Assembly (NCBI GenBank): GCA_965240325.2
Contig: OZ251241.1
Location: 558,001 to 622,000 of the forward strand
Reading direction: 5' to 3'
Length of the DNA stretch: 64,000 nt
Source: Rebecca billardiae RCC1528
Lineage: Eukaryota; Protista; Haptophyta
Made by a program: the position numbers and the translations under genes. The notes beneath the pieces are model-generated. The model was not told where the DNA came from. It searched no databases and saw only the letters and a list, made by a program, of their open reading frames with translations. Below are positions 11,473-23,313 of the stretch, one piece after another. The first letter of the stretch is position 1. Each line of letters starts with the position of its first letter.

Positions 11473-12855
11473 ATGGACCACGGGCCGACCGACGCAGACG
11501 CGGTGCCCGCGGCGCTGTACGTGCGTCCGCAACAGGTCGCCGTGCACGGCGAGTATCCCAATTTGCACCTCGAGCGTTTGCTCTGGTCGTTCAACCGCGA
11601 CTTTCGCGTGAAGTGGTCGGTGTCCCATGGCTGGCCCACGATCGTTGCGGGGGCAGAGCAGCGCGGGAGCCTCTTCGCGGTGGCGTTCGTCGACGAAGAC
11701 GCGGTGCCCGAGAAGTTCAAGACGCGGGGCCTCCGCGCCGCCGACCTGCTCGCCGATCGCATCGTCTGGGTCGAGCGCGCACAGAGCCCGTCCGCGGTGA
11801 TCCCGATCATGGGCGAGTCTGCGCTCATCCTTGACCGGCCGCTCTCCTTCGACAAGTTCTGCGTGGCGTGCGCCAAGATGCTTGCGCCGAGCATCGCCCC
11901 ATTCGCAGGCCGCTTCGAGTACCACACCTTCGACGTGCTGCAGGACATCTGGTCGGAGGCCGAGGTCGCGGAGCGCGAGACGCCCGCGCCGCTCGCGCGG
12001 TACACACTCGACGCCGTTTTGGATGCCAAGCGCACCGAGGCGCTGGTCGTGACGCGGCGGACGCCGTCGTACTCGCTGCTGTACGCGAATGGCGCCTTCT
12101 GGGACAAGATCGGCTGGGAGCGCGGCTCGACCACCGGCCAGAGCCTCGCCTTCCTGCAGGGGCCGCAGACGCAGCTGGACGTGCTGAGGGGCTTGCACGA
12201 GGCCCTCGAGTCTGAGCACATGCGCGATCACTCGGACGGCGAGTGGGTGGGCACGCTGGTGAACTACACGCAGCAGGGGCAGCCCTTCTCGAACAGGCTG
12301 GTCGTGACGCCGTGCACGGACGCGTCGCTCTTCATCGGCCGCGTCTGCGTGGGCGAGGACGCGCACGCCAACCCGGCGCCCGCCAGCGCCGACCCGGCAC
12401 CTGAGACGGTGCGGCAGGCGCCCGCCGCCGTCGCCGAGCCGATGGACGAGGTCTTCGCGCAGGCGATGGAGCGCGTGCTGCTGGACACGTCGGCGAATGT
12501 GGTCATCACCAAGGCGCAGCCACCGTTCTCCATCGTCCACGTCAACGACGCGTGGTGCGAGCTCTGCGACTTTCGCCCGGACGAGGTCTGCGGCAAGACG
12601 CTTCGCACCATCCAGGGCCCATGCACGTCCGATGCGACTGTCGCCGAGAACATGGCGCGGCTGCTCGAGCAGAAGACGACAGTGGAGATGACGCTCACAA
12701 ACTACAAGAAGGGGGGCGTGCCCTTCCGCAACCGCGTGGAAGTCGAGCCCATCTGCGATGCACACGGAGAGGTGCGCTACATGGTGGGGCGCCTGAACGA
12801 GGCGGCCGACCAATCTGGGCTGCCTGCGGGCCCTGCGGCCGTGCTTGTTGATTGA
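11473..12855 (+). CDS. Protein with two LOV-like PAS domains lacking the photoactive Cys, plus a possible N-terminal pseudo-receiver
   Basis: YANGAF..GQSLAFLQGPQT..LVNYTQQGQPFSNRLVVTP and HVNDAW..GKTLRTIQGPCT..LTNYKKGGVPFRNRVEVEPI; single exon. Confidence 0.85.
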   Translation: MDHGPTDADAVPAALYVRPQQVAVHGEYPNLHLERLLWSFNRDFRVKWSVSHGWPTIVAGAEQRGSLFAVAFVDEDAVPEKFKTRGLRAADLLADRIVWVERAQSPSAVIPIMGESALILDRPLSFDKFCVACAKMLAPSIAPFAGRFEYHTFDVLQDIWSEAEVAERETPAPLARYTLDAVLDAKRTEALVVTRRTPSYSLLYANGAFWDKIGWERGSTTGQSLAFLQGPQTQLDVLRGLHEALESEHMRDHSDGEWVGTLVNYTQQGQPFSNRLVVTPCTDASLFIGRVCVGEDAHANPAPASADPAPETVRQAPAAVAEPMDEVFAQAMERVLLDTSANVVITKAQPPFSIVHVNDAWCELCDFRPDEVCGKTLRTIQGPCTSDATVAENMARLLEQKTTVEMTLTNYKKGGVPFRNRVEVEPICDAHGEVRYMVGRLNEAADQSGLPAGPAAVLVD

Positions 12856-13110
12856 CGTACGACTTGATGCCACTGACAGCTGAATCAGGTATATATCGGC
12901 ATCGATCATCACGCGCGCGCGATGATGACCGCCGCCCGCAGATGCCATGATCTGCCGCAGATGTGAGATGATGCGCTGCGCGTAGCTTATCAGATATTCA
13001 TATCGCATGCATGACGAAATATGATGAATATATATGTACCGAGATCGGACGAGAATCCGAGATATATATGCCGGACCGGACTGTCCGGCCTCGTCCGGGA
13101 CCGGGACCGG

Positions 13111-13581
13111 TAGATCAGAGGGGTCAGAGCCCCACTGGGGGGTGCGTGGCCCAAAATCCAACTTCCTGTCGTCTTGAGATGAGGCTCTCAAACTTCGGGA
13201 CATGTGGCAATATTCGCCTGAAATGAGCTGATGGGGTCACGCTGACAAGTTTTGCGAAAAAATGTCGTCATACATATATATACTGATGATGGAGATATAC
13301 GACCTCAATATCGACGCGATCTCGGCAACATTAGTAGGGGAGATACACGATCTCCAAGGTGATCTAGCTCGCTATTTGCACCAGAATCGCACCGTCTAGA
13401 TCACATTTTGGCAGTCTGAAATTGGCACAGGCCGGATTCTACACCCTGGAATTAAGCCTGCTAAACGAACTTAAACGGACTCAAACAGTTACAAACCGAG
13501 GATATATTCCATATATTTCGAGATTTCGGGAGATTGTGTCACTCGGGAGTGTAACGGTCGGAGCTCTGCATGACCCCACTA
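13111..13581. mobile_element. ~470-bp MITE with 9-bp target-site duplication
   Basis: CGGGACCGG at 13102-13110 and 13582-13590. Termini TAG..GGGGTCAGAGC / GCTCTGCATGACCCCACTA are imperfect TIRs; interior is AT-richer. Confidence 0.65.
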
Positions 13582-14056
13582 CGGGACCGGAGCGACTCAG
13601 ACTACCGGACGTCGACGACCGTCGCGGCTGCCGGCTGGCGCTGCCGGTGAGTGGGCTGCATAGTGCATGGCGGCTGTGGCGCTGCAGGCAGCGGAGCCGA
13701 GGCGCTGACAGCAGCAATAACCTTGGCACCGAGTGTCGATCATCTATCAGAGCATCATCATGAAGACAGATGTCATGAAGTGATCAGTCATGGACTCTAC
13801 CCCGGCTACGATGACCGAAGTGTCTGATTCTGCATGTGCCTGAACCCACTCAACGGGCAGTCACTCAACCCACGGGCACGGGCCGGCGACGCGGGCGACG
13901 GCGTCATCACGGCGTGCACCAGCGCGGTCCCTGGAGGCCTGCGGTGCCGTGGATATGACGACGCGGCCTGACCGCTGACGCACGCGCCGTCCCAGAGCAG
14001 CGCTCGAGCGCGCCAGCTGCGGGAGACGAACCCACAAAGCGGCGGCACGGTCACGG

Positions 14057-14668
14057 TCAGTCGGCCATGTCTTTGAGCGCGTTCGCCTGCATCTTCTGCC
14101 GCTCACGGATCTTTCGCATGGCCGCTGACTCGGCAACGTCCTCGTCGCCATGGCCGCCACCCTCAGCGAGGGGGTCCGTCACCGCGTACATGTCGTCCGT
14201 GCCGGCGGCCATCCGCGGCTCCGGCTTGCCCGGCTCGAGCTTGTGCTGCAGCAGCGACGAGCCGCGCTTCATGGTCTGCTCGAACATTTGCATCTTGAGC
14301 AGTGTCTCCTGTGCGCGGTCCTTCTTGGTGAGCGACTTGAGCTGGCGCGCTTTGGAGACATAGCGCGCGCGTCGAGCCTCGAGCTCGCTCTGCGAGCTGC
14401 CTCGCCCTCCGTCGGCGCCGCCGGGCTGACGGCTGGCATCGGCCCCGGCGTCGTCGTCCTCGTCGTCGCTGTCCGCTGCGCCCTTCCCACGCCACTTCCA
14501 GCCCGAGCCGCCGGGCGCGGCTGTCTGCTTGAGCTCACGCTTCAGGGCTTCGAACTCGGTGCGGCTCTCAGCCGCGCTCTGCGCAGCGCGGTGCTGCGCC
14601 TTGCGCAACTGGGCCTGCTGCCGCATCCGCTCAGCGAACTGCGCGCCCGCCTCGTCCACTTCTTGCGG

Positions 14669-14699
<31 letters not shown>

Positions 14700-15664
14700 G
14701 GCGGTGCGCCGGGCGGTGCGCCCGGCGCGCCCGACTCCTCACGGCTTGCATCTGCTCTGCTGTCGGCGTGTATCGCACTCGACGCGGCGGCGGCAGAGGC
14801 GTCCGCGCGCAGCCGCGCCTCCGCATGGCCCGCCGCGCGCGCAACCGCCGCCTTCATCGCCGCGGCCCCGCTCTGCGCGCTCACCGTTGGCTCAACAGCT
14901 GGCTGCGACGAGAGGCGTGGGTCGGCAAGGGCATCGTGCACGCTCTTGCCCTTGGCGCGCACACCGGTCGGCTGCGCCTCGGTCGGCGCCTCCTCCTCGT
15001 CGCCGAAGGAGAGCAGGCTCGTGTTCTTCTTGCGCCGCTTACGCTTGACCTCCGACTCAGCCCCCTCCCCGCCCCGCTCATCCGCCCCGCCGCCCGCCGC
15101 CGCCGCGTCCGTCCGCTTGGGCAGCGCGCGTGGCACGATGTCCTCGAACGGGTCAAAGAGCACCTCGGCGGCGGTCACGCGCGGCGGGTAGAGCGGACGG
15201 TCGTTCTCGCCCGTCTCGAGGTCGCCGAAGCGGTTGAGGTTGTACATCGAGTTGCCCGTCACTTTGCCGAAGATTGTGTGCCGCCGGTCCAGCCAGTCGC
15301 ACCTGTCGAGCGTGATGAAGAACTGCGAGCCGTTCGAGTTGGGCCGATCGTTGGCCATCGCGACGATGCCTCGATGCGTGAAGCGGAGGCGGCCGTGGAA
15401 CTCGTCTTCGAACGGGCGGCCGTACACGGACTCGCCACCATTGCCAGTGCCAGTTGGATCGCCCGTCTGCGCCATGAAGTCCTTGATCACACGGTGGAAC
15501 TCCAGCCCGTCGTAATAGCCCTCCATGCACAGCTGCACAAAGTTGCGGCACGCCTTGGGCGCCTCCTTCGGCCAGAGCTCCACGTCGAGCGGCCCAAAGG
15601 TGGTGTGCAGGACGACCTTGCCCTTGGTCGCTGGCTCTGTCGCGTACACATTGAGCGCCGACAT
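14057..15664 (-). CDS. CWC27: Spliceosome-associated cyclophilin CWC27
   Basis: NVYATEPATKGKVVLHTTFGPLDVELWPKEAPKACRNFVQLCMEGYY..FEDEFHGRLRFTHRG..NTSLLSFGDEEE, then a charged C-terminal tail. Confidence 0.93.
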
Positions 15665-16886
15665 TGACGCTAGCCCGCAGCGGTGGCTGTGCGTAGGTCG
15701 CGCGACCGACGCGGAAATGGCCGCCGCCACGGGGCGCTCGAATCACGAGTCACGACTGACTCGAAATACTCGATCAGCCGATGGAGCGCTCGCTCGTTGG
15801 AACTTGAAACTTGAGCCAAGATGAAACTTGAGCCCGCATTTCCTAGCGAAGTGCCCCATCTTGGCGTGGCTGGCACGCTCGGCACACGCTCCTGAGCGCT
15901 CGCTTCGCGGTGCGACAGGCCTTGGGCAGCCCAGGCAGACATGCCGCGACCGAATTACCGGGCCATGCGCGCACCACATCCGCGCTACATGGCCTGCGCG
16001 CTGGACGACTGAGAGTCAACGCCGAACCATTGCGATGCATTCCATTGCCCCGCATGCACCCCGAGTCACCTTCAGAGGGCGTCGACGAGCGCAGAGCGGG
16101 TGCGTGGGATTTCGACCAACTCGTGTACCTTCTTGCAACAAAGCACCAGCGGCGAGGTCGCAAGCCGAACCTTGACCAGCTGTGGAACTTGGCCGGCAGC
16201 AAAACCACCGCTTGCGGCACCGGATCAAGTTAGCAGCTTGCGAGGAGGAGGTGCGGTGCGCGTCCGCGGCTGGCGAGAGGCGTCCGGGCCGTGCCGTTCT
16301 CGGCCGCGCCCGCGCGCTTCCCGCCGCCGCCGGCCCCGTGTACGCCCGTCGTCGCCCTCGCCGCGTGGGCGAGTAAACCGTGCAATACTACCGGATTCTA
16401 ACTCTACGCGAGCTACATACATAAATATTGATCCGATACATTACGGGTACAAGTTCGGCAGTTCACTACTGCATGCTACAACTTGAACTTACTCAGCAGT
16501 GCTCATTACATGAGCCTGAGGGCAGAGGGCATGGGCGACGGGTCAGGCATGCCGCTGCCAGCCAATGGGCTTCAATCCCATTGAACCACCAGGGGGGCAG
16601 CGGCCACCACCCCACCGCCGCGACCGTGCCACCATTATTATTATTATAAAATTCATGACCGTGGTCCCGCTCCCGGTGGCGGCGCGGTGCCCGTGGGGCG
16701 CCGTCCCGCCCGGGGCCGAAGCTGCACAGAAGGCTCCGTGTCCGTCGAGCCCAAGAGTTGAACGAATGCCGCCACGTGGGGCGTGGGCATGACGCGTGCG
16801 TGCGCGAAGCCGCATTTCGAGCGGCTCCCGGCCGCAACGCGCGCCCGGCGCGCCCTCCGGCGCGCCACGCTGCTGGAGTCGTGGGG

Positions 16887-18224
16887 TTACGTGTGCGCCT
16901 TGTTCTCGTACGCGTCGCCGCCGTGCTTGGAGACGTCCATGCCCATCTCCTCGACCTCGGGCGGCACGCGAAGGATACCCGCCGCCTTGAGCCCGCCGAA
17001 CATGAGCGACGACATCACGAGCACCCACAGGATCTCGAGGATGAGCGCGACGATCTGCGCGCCGAGCAGGGTGCCGTTGCCGCTCGCCGCATAGATGAAG
17101 CCATGCCGGCCGTCCAGGTTGTACGAGTACTCGGGCTTGGCAAAGACGCCGACGGCGAGCACGCCCCAGCAGCCGCACGCGCCGTGCACGGCGAACGCGT
17201 CGAGCGGGTCGTCGATCTTCAACTTGACCATCAGGATCGACGCGCTCGTGAACACGAAGCCGCCGATGATGCCGATCAGAATCGCTGCCCACGGCGTGAC
17301 GACGACGCAGCCGGCCGTGATCGACACCAGGCCGCCGAGCACGCCGTTCACGACGGCCGCGGGGTCCCAGAAGTGCGAGTACATGTAGGCGTTGGCGATG
17401 ACGGTGAGGCCCGCGACGCCTGCCGACAGCGTGGTCGTCACGCACACACGTGCCAGGTCGCGCGCGTACGGCACGCCGACCGCGAAGACCGAGAGCGTCG
17501 AGCCGCCGTTGAAGCCGTACCAGCCGACCCACAGGATGAAGGCGCCGAGCACGGTGAGCACGGTGCTGTGCCCGGGCATGGCCTGGGGGTAGCCGTTGGC
17601 GTCGTAGCGGCCGATGCGCGGGCCGAGGAAGAACGCGCCCACCGCAGCGGCGATGCCGCCCGTCATGTGCACGACGCCCGAGCCCGCAAAGTCGACGCAG
17701 CCGCCGAGCAGCGGCCTGCCCGACGTGTTGAACGCGGACAGCATGCCCTCCGAGTCCCAGACCCAGTGCACGACGACGGGGTAGATGAAGCCCGTGATGA
17801 TGCACGAGTAGATCAGGTACGCCCCCAGCGCGCAGCGCTCCGCCACGCCGCCCGAGACGATCGTCGCAGCCGCGGCCGCAAACGTGAACTGGAAGAACCA
17901 GCCCGCCCAATCGTAGCCCTCGGCGGTGTAGTCAGCACCCCAGTCGGTGTAGTGCACAGCGAAGCTGCTGGGACCAGAGCCGATGAATGAGTTGTCATTC
18001 GAGTCGCCGTACGCGAAGCCGTAGCCGACCAGGTACCAGATCAGCGCGCCGAGGCACGCGTCGAGCATGTTCTTGAGCAGGATGTTCTTCGTGTTCTTCG
18101 CGCGCACGGAGCCAGCCTCGAGCATGCCGAAGCCCGCCTGCATGAAGAAGACGAGCACGCCCGCCCAGATCAGGTAGAACGTGTCGCCCTTCGCGGCGAC
18201 AGACAGCGCCGGATCCGTCGCCAT
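16887..18224 (-). CDS. AMT1: Ammonium transporter, AMT1 family
   Basis: FFMQAGFGMLEAGSVRAKN, FAAAAATIVSGGVAER, DFAGSGVVHMTGG, LWVGWYGFNGGS, DDPLDAFAVHG; multiple TM segments; intronless. Confidence 0.97.
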   Translation of the reverse strand: MATDPALSVAAKGDTFYLIWAGVLVFFMQAGFGMLEAGSVRAKNTKNILLKNMLDACLGALIWYLVGYGFAYGDSNDNSFIGSGPSSFAVHYTDWGADYTAEGYDWAGWFFQFTFAAAAATIVSGGVAERCALGAYLIYSCIITGFIYPVVVHWVWDSEGMLSAFNTSGRPLLGGCVDFAGSGVVHMTGGIAAAVGAFFLGPRIGRYDANGYPQAMPGHSTVLTVLGAFILWVGWYGFNGGSTLSVFAVGVPYARDLARVCVTTTLSAGVAGLTVIANAYMYSHFWDPAAVVNGVLGGLVSITAGCVVVTPWAAILIGIIGGFVFTSASILMVKLKIDDPLDAFAVHGACGCWGVLAVGVFAKPEYSYNLDGRHGFIYAASGNGTLLGAQIVALILEILWVLVMSSLMFGGLKAAGILRVPPEVEEMGMDVSKHGGDAYENKAHT

Positions 18225-19325
18225 GGTGCCGAAGAAAAAAGGCGCTGCTGCAGGTTTAGACCCACCCTCGGCTCAGGTCCCGATGCCGCCCCACCAGTTT
18301 CGAGCAGGGGCGGGCCCGCGCGGTCCAGATTTCGAGCGGCGCGGCTCCCCGAGCGAGCGACCAAGCGGCGCACTGCTTTTCGGTTGCGAACGGGCGGGGG
18401 GCGCTTACCCAGAACGGCCAATCTGTTAGGCGGCGCCTTCCAGTATTCGATTCAGGGTCTAGGCTTACAGAGAAAAGTCCGAGCAGTTCAAAATGGATAC
18501 GTACGTGTTTTGAATGTACAACATCATGGCGGTCAGAAATCAGAAATAGCCGGCCGTAGAGCTCGTTCCAGGCGCAGCTCGAGTTGAGCGCACACCTGCG
18601 CTCACGTTTGAGTCCGGAACCAGTGCGAGCGATCGTTCCGGACTTGTTGTTGGGAGAACCGGATTATGGCGGTAAGCAGCCGGCGCCGCCTCTGCTGCCG
18701 AGTGCGGACCCGCACAGGGTCCGAGAGAGCAGAGAGGAGTGACCCTGCCCAGCGCCCACGACCAGCTGGCAGCCGCATCACGCAGTTGCTAGAGGCACGC
18801 TTGCTTCCGCTGAGCCAGGTGGACGCTCTTGAGCCAGCTGACCAAAACCTTAGCCTGTGCCCACGGCGGCAGCCGGCGGCCGTACTTCGCCTGACAGCTG
18901 CGAGGCACTACATAAACCGCACTATAGGGCGCAATGTGTTGAATACCCGTTGACCTGCTTTCCTAAACTGTCAGCCTCGTCGATTGTTTCGAGGGCTGCC
19001 GAGTGCCGACCCGGCACCCGCGTCGCAATCGCCGGGTCACATCGCGAGCCTTCGTCGGACCCGCGGGTCCCGGAAGAGGCGCGGAGCTGGCGAGCGGCGC
19101 TAGCCCGCGAGCTTAATCGCCGACCGGGTCATCCAAGCTTGGTAGGCTGGGGCTGCGCACAGCCGTCGCTCAACCGATGCGGACGCGTTGCGAGCCAGCG
19201 GCGCGGGGCCACACGCGGCAAGCGGCGCGCCCTCGAGGTGGATCCAGAGCACCGCAGCTGCGCAGCAGTCCGGATGGTCTTGCGCGATCGACGGCGGACG
19301 CGCGCGCGAGCGCCGCGCGCGAGGG

Positions 19326-20759
19326 ATGGAGGCGCTCGTGGCAGCGATCACGCGGCCAGCGGGCTCGGAGGAGGAGCTCAAGGCGCTGTGCGCGACACTG
19401 CGCAGCCAGGAGGAGATCCTCTTTCGCAACGTCCTGCAGCTCGACGAGATCGCGCAGACGCTCACCGCGCCCGGGCACACGCTCGGCCTGGTCTTCGTGC
19501 TCAACGTGCGCGCGAACGCGCTCACCAACCAGAACACGCCGCTCACCCGCAAGTTCATGGAGCACTGCCGCGCGCTGCTGCTGAACGCAGACCGGGCGCA
19601 GGTCGCGTTCGCCCCTCTCGAGTTCTCGCGCGTGTGCAGCAAGTACCTGTCGTTTGCCATGCAGGCGGAGAGCCCGCTGCATGCCGTGCGCCCGCTGGTC
19701 AACGCCGCCTACCTGCTGCAGCCGGCGCCGACGCACTTCACGCCCGTGCACCCGATGGCGCTCCTGGCGTGTATTCTCGCCAAGTGCTACCACGCCGCCG
19801 CGCCGCTGGTCGAGCAGCCGCTCGTGCACGTGGACGCAGCGCGCACGGCGGTGGGCGTGTCGGACGTTCTGCTGCACCACTACTACGGCGGCATCGCCCT
19901 CGTCGGGCTCAAGCGGCACAAGGCGGCGCTCGCGTCGTTCCAGCTGGTGATCGCGGCGCCGACGGTGGTGGTCAACTCGATCATCGTCGAGGCGCACAAG
20001 AAGTGGCTGCTGTGCTGGCTCATCGCCCACAAGCGCGCGCCCGTGCTACCCAAGTACTGCGCGACCGTGATCGGCCGACACGCCAAGTCTGGCGCGGCGC
20101 CGTACACCGAGCTCGCCGCGGCGTTCACGTCGCGCGACCGCGTGGAGTTCGAGAAGACGGTGGCGAAGCACGCGGCCGTCTTCGAGAAGGACAGCAACAT
20201 GGGCCTGGTGAAGCAGTGCGCTGTCGCCTTCACCAAGTGCGCGCCGCGCCGCGCCGCGGCGGCCGCCGCCGGCCGCCGCCGACCGCGCATGCAACCGCGC
20301 ACGCATCGCCTGCCACCTCACCGCCACCCCTGCGCGCGCGCACGCGCGCGCTCGCCGCGCAGGGACTGCATCGAGCGATTGACGCGCACGTACGTGACGC
20401 TCTCGCTCGCGGACATCGCCGCCAGCGCCGGCCTCAGCGGCGCGGCCGAGGCCGAGGCGATGATCCTGCAGATGGTCGAGGGCGGCGAGATCGCGGCCCA
20501 GATCGACCGCGTGCACAGCATGGCCTCGTTCGACACGACGGCGGGCGCGGCGAAGGGCGGGGTGAGCGATGCGGCGGAGACAAAGGCGGCGCTGGACGCG
20601 CGGCTCGAGCAGGCCATGCAGCTCACGCAGAAACTGCGCGCACTGCACGATGAGCTCGCCGGCGACGCCAACTACATACAGAAGACCACCGAGCGCGCCG
20701 ACCGCGCGGGTGGCCGGTGGGCCGCCGGCGAGCGCGGCGACGACGTGGCGATGATGTGA
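19326..20759 (+). CDS. CSN3: COP9 signalosome subunit 3 (PCI domain); exons 19326-20236, 20363-20759
   Basis: HTLGLVFVL, HYYGG..GLK, EAHKKWLL, FEKDSNMGLVKQC..IERLTRTYVTLSLADIA. The 126-nt GTGCGC..GCAG intron is stop-free and in frame. Confidence 0.93.
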   Translation: MEALVAAITRPAGSEEELKALCATLRSQEEILFRNVLQLDEIAQTLTAPGHTLGLVFVLNVRANALTNQNTPLTRKFMEHCRALLLNADRAQVAFAPLEFSRVCSKYLSFAMQAESPLHAVRPLVNAAYLLQPAPTHFTPVHPMALLACILAKCYHAAAPLVEQPLVHVDAARTAVGVSDVLLHHYYGGIALVGLKRHKAALASFQLVIAAPTVVVNSIIVEAHKKWLLCWLIAHKRAPVLPKYCATVIGRHAKSGAAPYTELAAAFTSRDRVEFEKTVAKHAAVFEKDSNMGLVKQCAVAFTKCAPRRAAAAAAGRRRPRMQPRTHRLPPHRHPCARARARSPRRDCIERLTRTYVTLSLADIAASAGLSGAAEAEAMILQMVEGGEIAAQIDRVHSMASFDTTAGAAKGGVSDAAETKAALDARLEQAMQLTQKLRALHDELAGDANYIQKTTERADRAGGRWAAGERGDDVAMM

Positions 20760-21573
20760 GAGAGCGCGCACATTATCCTTGGCGCGGCGCTGGCCATGTC
20801 CCCCCCCCCCCGCGCGGCAGCGACGCACGGCGGGGCTTATGGGGTGCAATCGTCTGCGGTCGTGCCCGCGGCGTGCATCGTGTCTGCGGCGTCGTCAGTA
20901 TCACTATCACTTATCAGCCACTCGCAAGTGCTGCGCGGTCGATCCGCGATGCCCACAGCCCCCGCCCACAGGCACAGCACTGCTGTCGTCAGCAGCCGAA
21001 TTATGCGTGCGCAAGCAGCCAGTGTGCCACGCGCATGCATGAGACTGTCAGTCATAACATGTGACCCGCACGACGATGTCCCAACTCCCAAGTATAAGCT
21101 CCGACGGGCTGTGGCGCAGCCGGGCGGCGCCGGCGGCTGGCGGGGGCCCAGGGCCCGAGGCCGAGCCCGCCCGAGGCGGGCGAGGCCGGCGGCCGCGGGG
21201 CGGCGGTGCACGGCCTGATGGGGCTGCCACGGTCGCGGCAAAGTCGGCATCAACATCAAGGCTCAGCCGTCGTCAGGCACCGCCATGGCTCAAGTCTCGG
21301 CGGCACAGGACACGTCCAGCATGCTGGTGTCGAGGCATCGCCTGGCTCGAGCAGGCTGGCCAGCATCGCGCCACCTCTCATGGCTCGCGCTCTGCCTCGC
21401 CGTCCGTCCGTCGACCTCACCCGTCAGGGCGGCGCTCACAGCAAATGCGCCGGCAATGGAGACCAGATGCAAGAGCTGCGGTATCGGCGCGGCATCCGGC
21501 AAGCCCATCGCCGAAGCCTTGTGCAGGCGCTGCCCGTCCCATGCACGCGCGCGCAGCGCGCCATCACGTAGCT

Positions 21574-21981
21574 TCAGCCCGTCCGCAGCGGTGGCGAGAC
21601 GAGGATGACCGCATCGCCACGCACGAAGAGCATCTCCACCTGCCGCTTGGTGGTCTTGATGATCTCCTCGTATGTCTCCTCGTCGATGTCGTACGTTGTG
21701 ATTGTCTCCTCAACATCACCCATGACCATGTTCAGATGTTGGTCGAACGCCTGTGTGGGGCAGGCATTGCAGAGCGCACCGAGTCAGGGCAAATGGTGCG
21801 CAGCGCAAAGGCGGGGGTCGCGAGCGCGCACATGCAGTTTGCCACGGAGCTCGCGGTCGTGCCGAAGCTTGACGTATATCCGCTCGTCCAGACTGAGGCG
21901 AATCAGGTCGAGCGGCTCCTCCACCACCGACGTCGCGCCGCCGGGCTGTGCAGCCCCCTGCGTCGAGGACACGGCCGCCAT
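21574..21981 (-). CDS. LSM3: Sm-like protein LSm3; exons 21981-21832, 21750-21574
   Basis: [29 protein letters not shown]|[31 protein letters not shown]. Confidence 0.96.
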
Positions 21982-22179
21982 CCCGGTTGCTGGTCGCTCC
22001 GCCGAACACGCGACCGCGCGCGCGGGCTTGCGCCTCCGCCTTGTCTCGTCATCGCAGCAAGGCCCCCGCTGCCGATCGCACGGCACCGGAGCCAATCACA
22101 GCGCGAGCTCAAGCGGCGCAGCGCGAAGGACGGCGTCCCAATAATCGGAAGCCAAGCAGGAGGCGGTACCCCTGTTAGC

Positions 22180-23109
22180 ATGGCCCGGGCCGTGCCGGGG
22201 GCGGCCTCGCCGCCCATCCCTCCCTTCTGCGAAGCTGAGACGCAGACAGAGCGCGTCGATCTCTTCGAGTGCAACATCTGCCTCGACTCGGCGAACGAGC
22301 CCGTCGTCACCTTCTGCGGCCACCTGTACTGCTGGCCGTGCATCTACCGCTGGCTGCAGGTTTCGACAGCTCCCCTCTGCCCCGTGTGCAAGACGACGGT
22401 CACGCAGAAGAAGCTTGTGCCCGTGTACGGGCGAGGCAAACCGCACATGGATCCGCGTGTCTCCACCGTCGTGCCGCCCGCGCACACATCGCCGGGCATC
22501 CCGAGCCGGCCGCACGGCCGCCGGCCCGAGTCGCACAGGCGAAGCTCGTCTGGTGGCGCCGCAGGGCTGCAGCCTGGCGACGTCTTGTTACCGCCGCCGG
22601 CGTTGGCCGGTGGGCAGTCGTTCGGCCTGCTCGGGTGCGTCTCGTGCGAGTCTGCATCGCGTGCGAGTCTGCATTGCGTGCTCTGCGCGCTGCCGCCCGT
22701 GCAGCTAATCGCTGCGCGCCCGCGTCCCTCCCTCCCCGTGCCGCGCGTTGCACCCGCTCCCTGCTGCTGCTGGTGCATAGCAGTGCCAGCTGGACAGCGC
22801 ACGCCGCCGCGCCCTTTGGCGTGGGATTCGCGCCGTCGTTCGCGGGTGTTTTCCCCTTAGGATTCCAGTTTGTACGTGCACGCCCGAGCGCGCGCATCGC
22901 CAACGCGACCGGCCTCGCCTGCGACCACGGCGCGCTGACACGTGCTGCTGCGCCTGCGCGCGCCTGCGCAGATCTCGCACGTGGTGCAGCCGGGAGCGCA
23001 CAGCGGGGCAGGAGAAGCGCGCTCGCCCGAACACGCACAGCAAGCCTTCCTCTCCAGGTTGCTCTTGCTGCTCGGCTCGTTCGTCATTCTGTGCCTTCTC
23101 CTTTTTTGA
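22180..23109 (+). CDS. RNF5/RMA1-like tail-anchored RING-HC E3 ligase; exons 22180-22634, 22781-22871, 22972-23109
   Basis: FECNICLD..PVVTFCGHLYCWPCIYRWL..CPVCK..LVPVYGRG; C-terminal TM QAFLSRLLLLLGSFVILCLLLF. Confidence 0.9.
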
Positions 23110-23313
23110 CATGCAACACCAGCCACCCAGCGATCTTCGCGGACATCGCCGGACTGGGCACCGCATCGCACCGCGGAGGGCTCGCTCGTTCGGTCATACG
23201 ATCGGGTCCGACGGGTTCCGGTGGCCCCGTGGTGCAGCCGGTCGGCGGCCCGGACAGCCTGTCCGGCGCGGAGTCCCGCCGCGTGTGGCGCCTGGGTCAG
23301 CCAACGGCAGGTA

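Noticed and set aside
15910-16233. Small ORF divergent from CWC27 (..WDFDQLVYLLATKHQRRGRKPNLDQLWNLA..)
   Set aside because: Mildly protein-like, but short, with no motif and weak codon bias; needs transcript evidence.
21061-22179. Long N-terminal extension of the RING protein
   Set aside because: It overlaps LSM3 on the opposite strand; the likely start is 22180.
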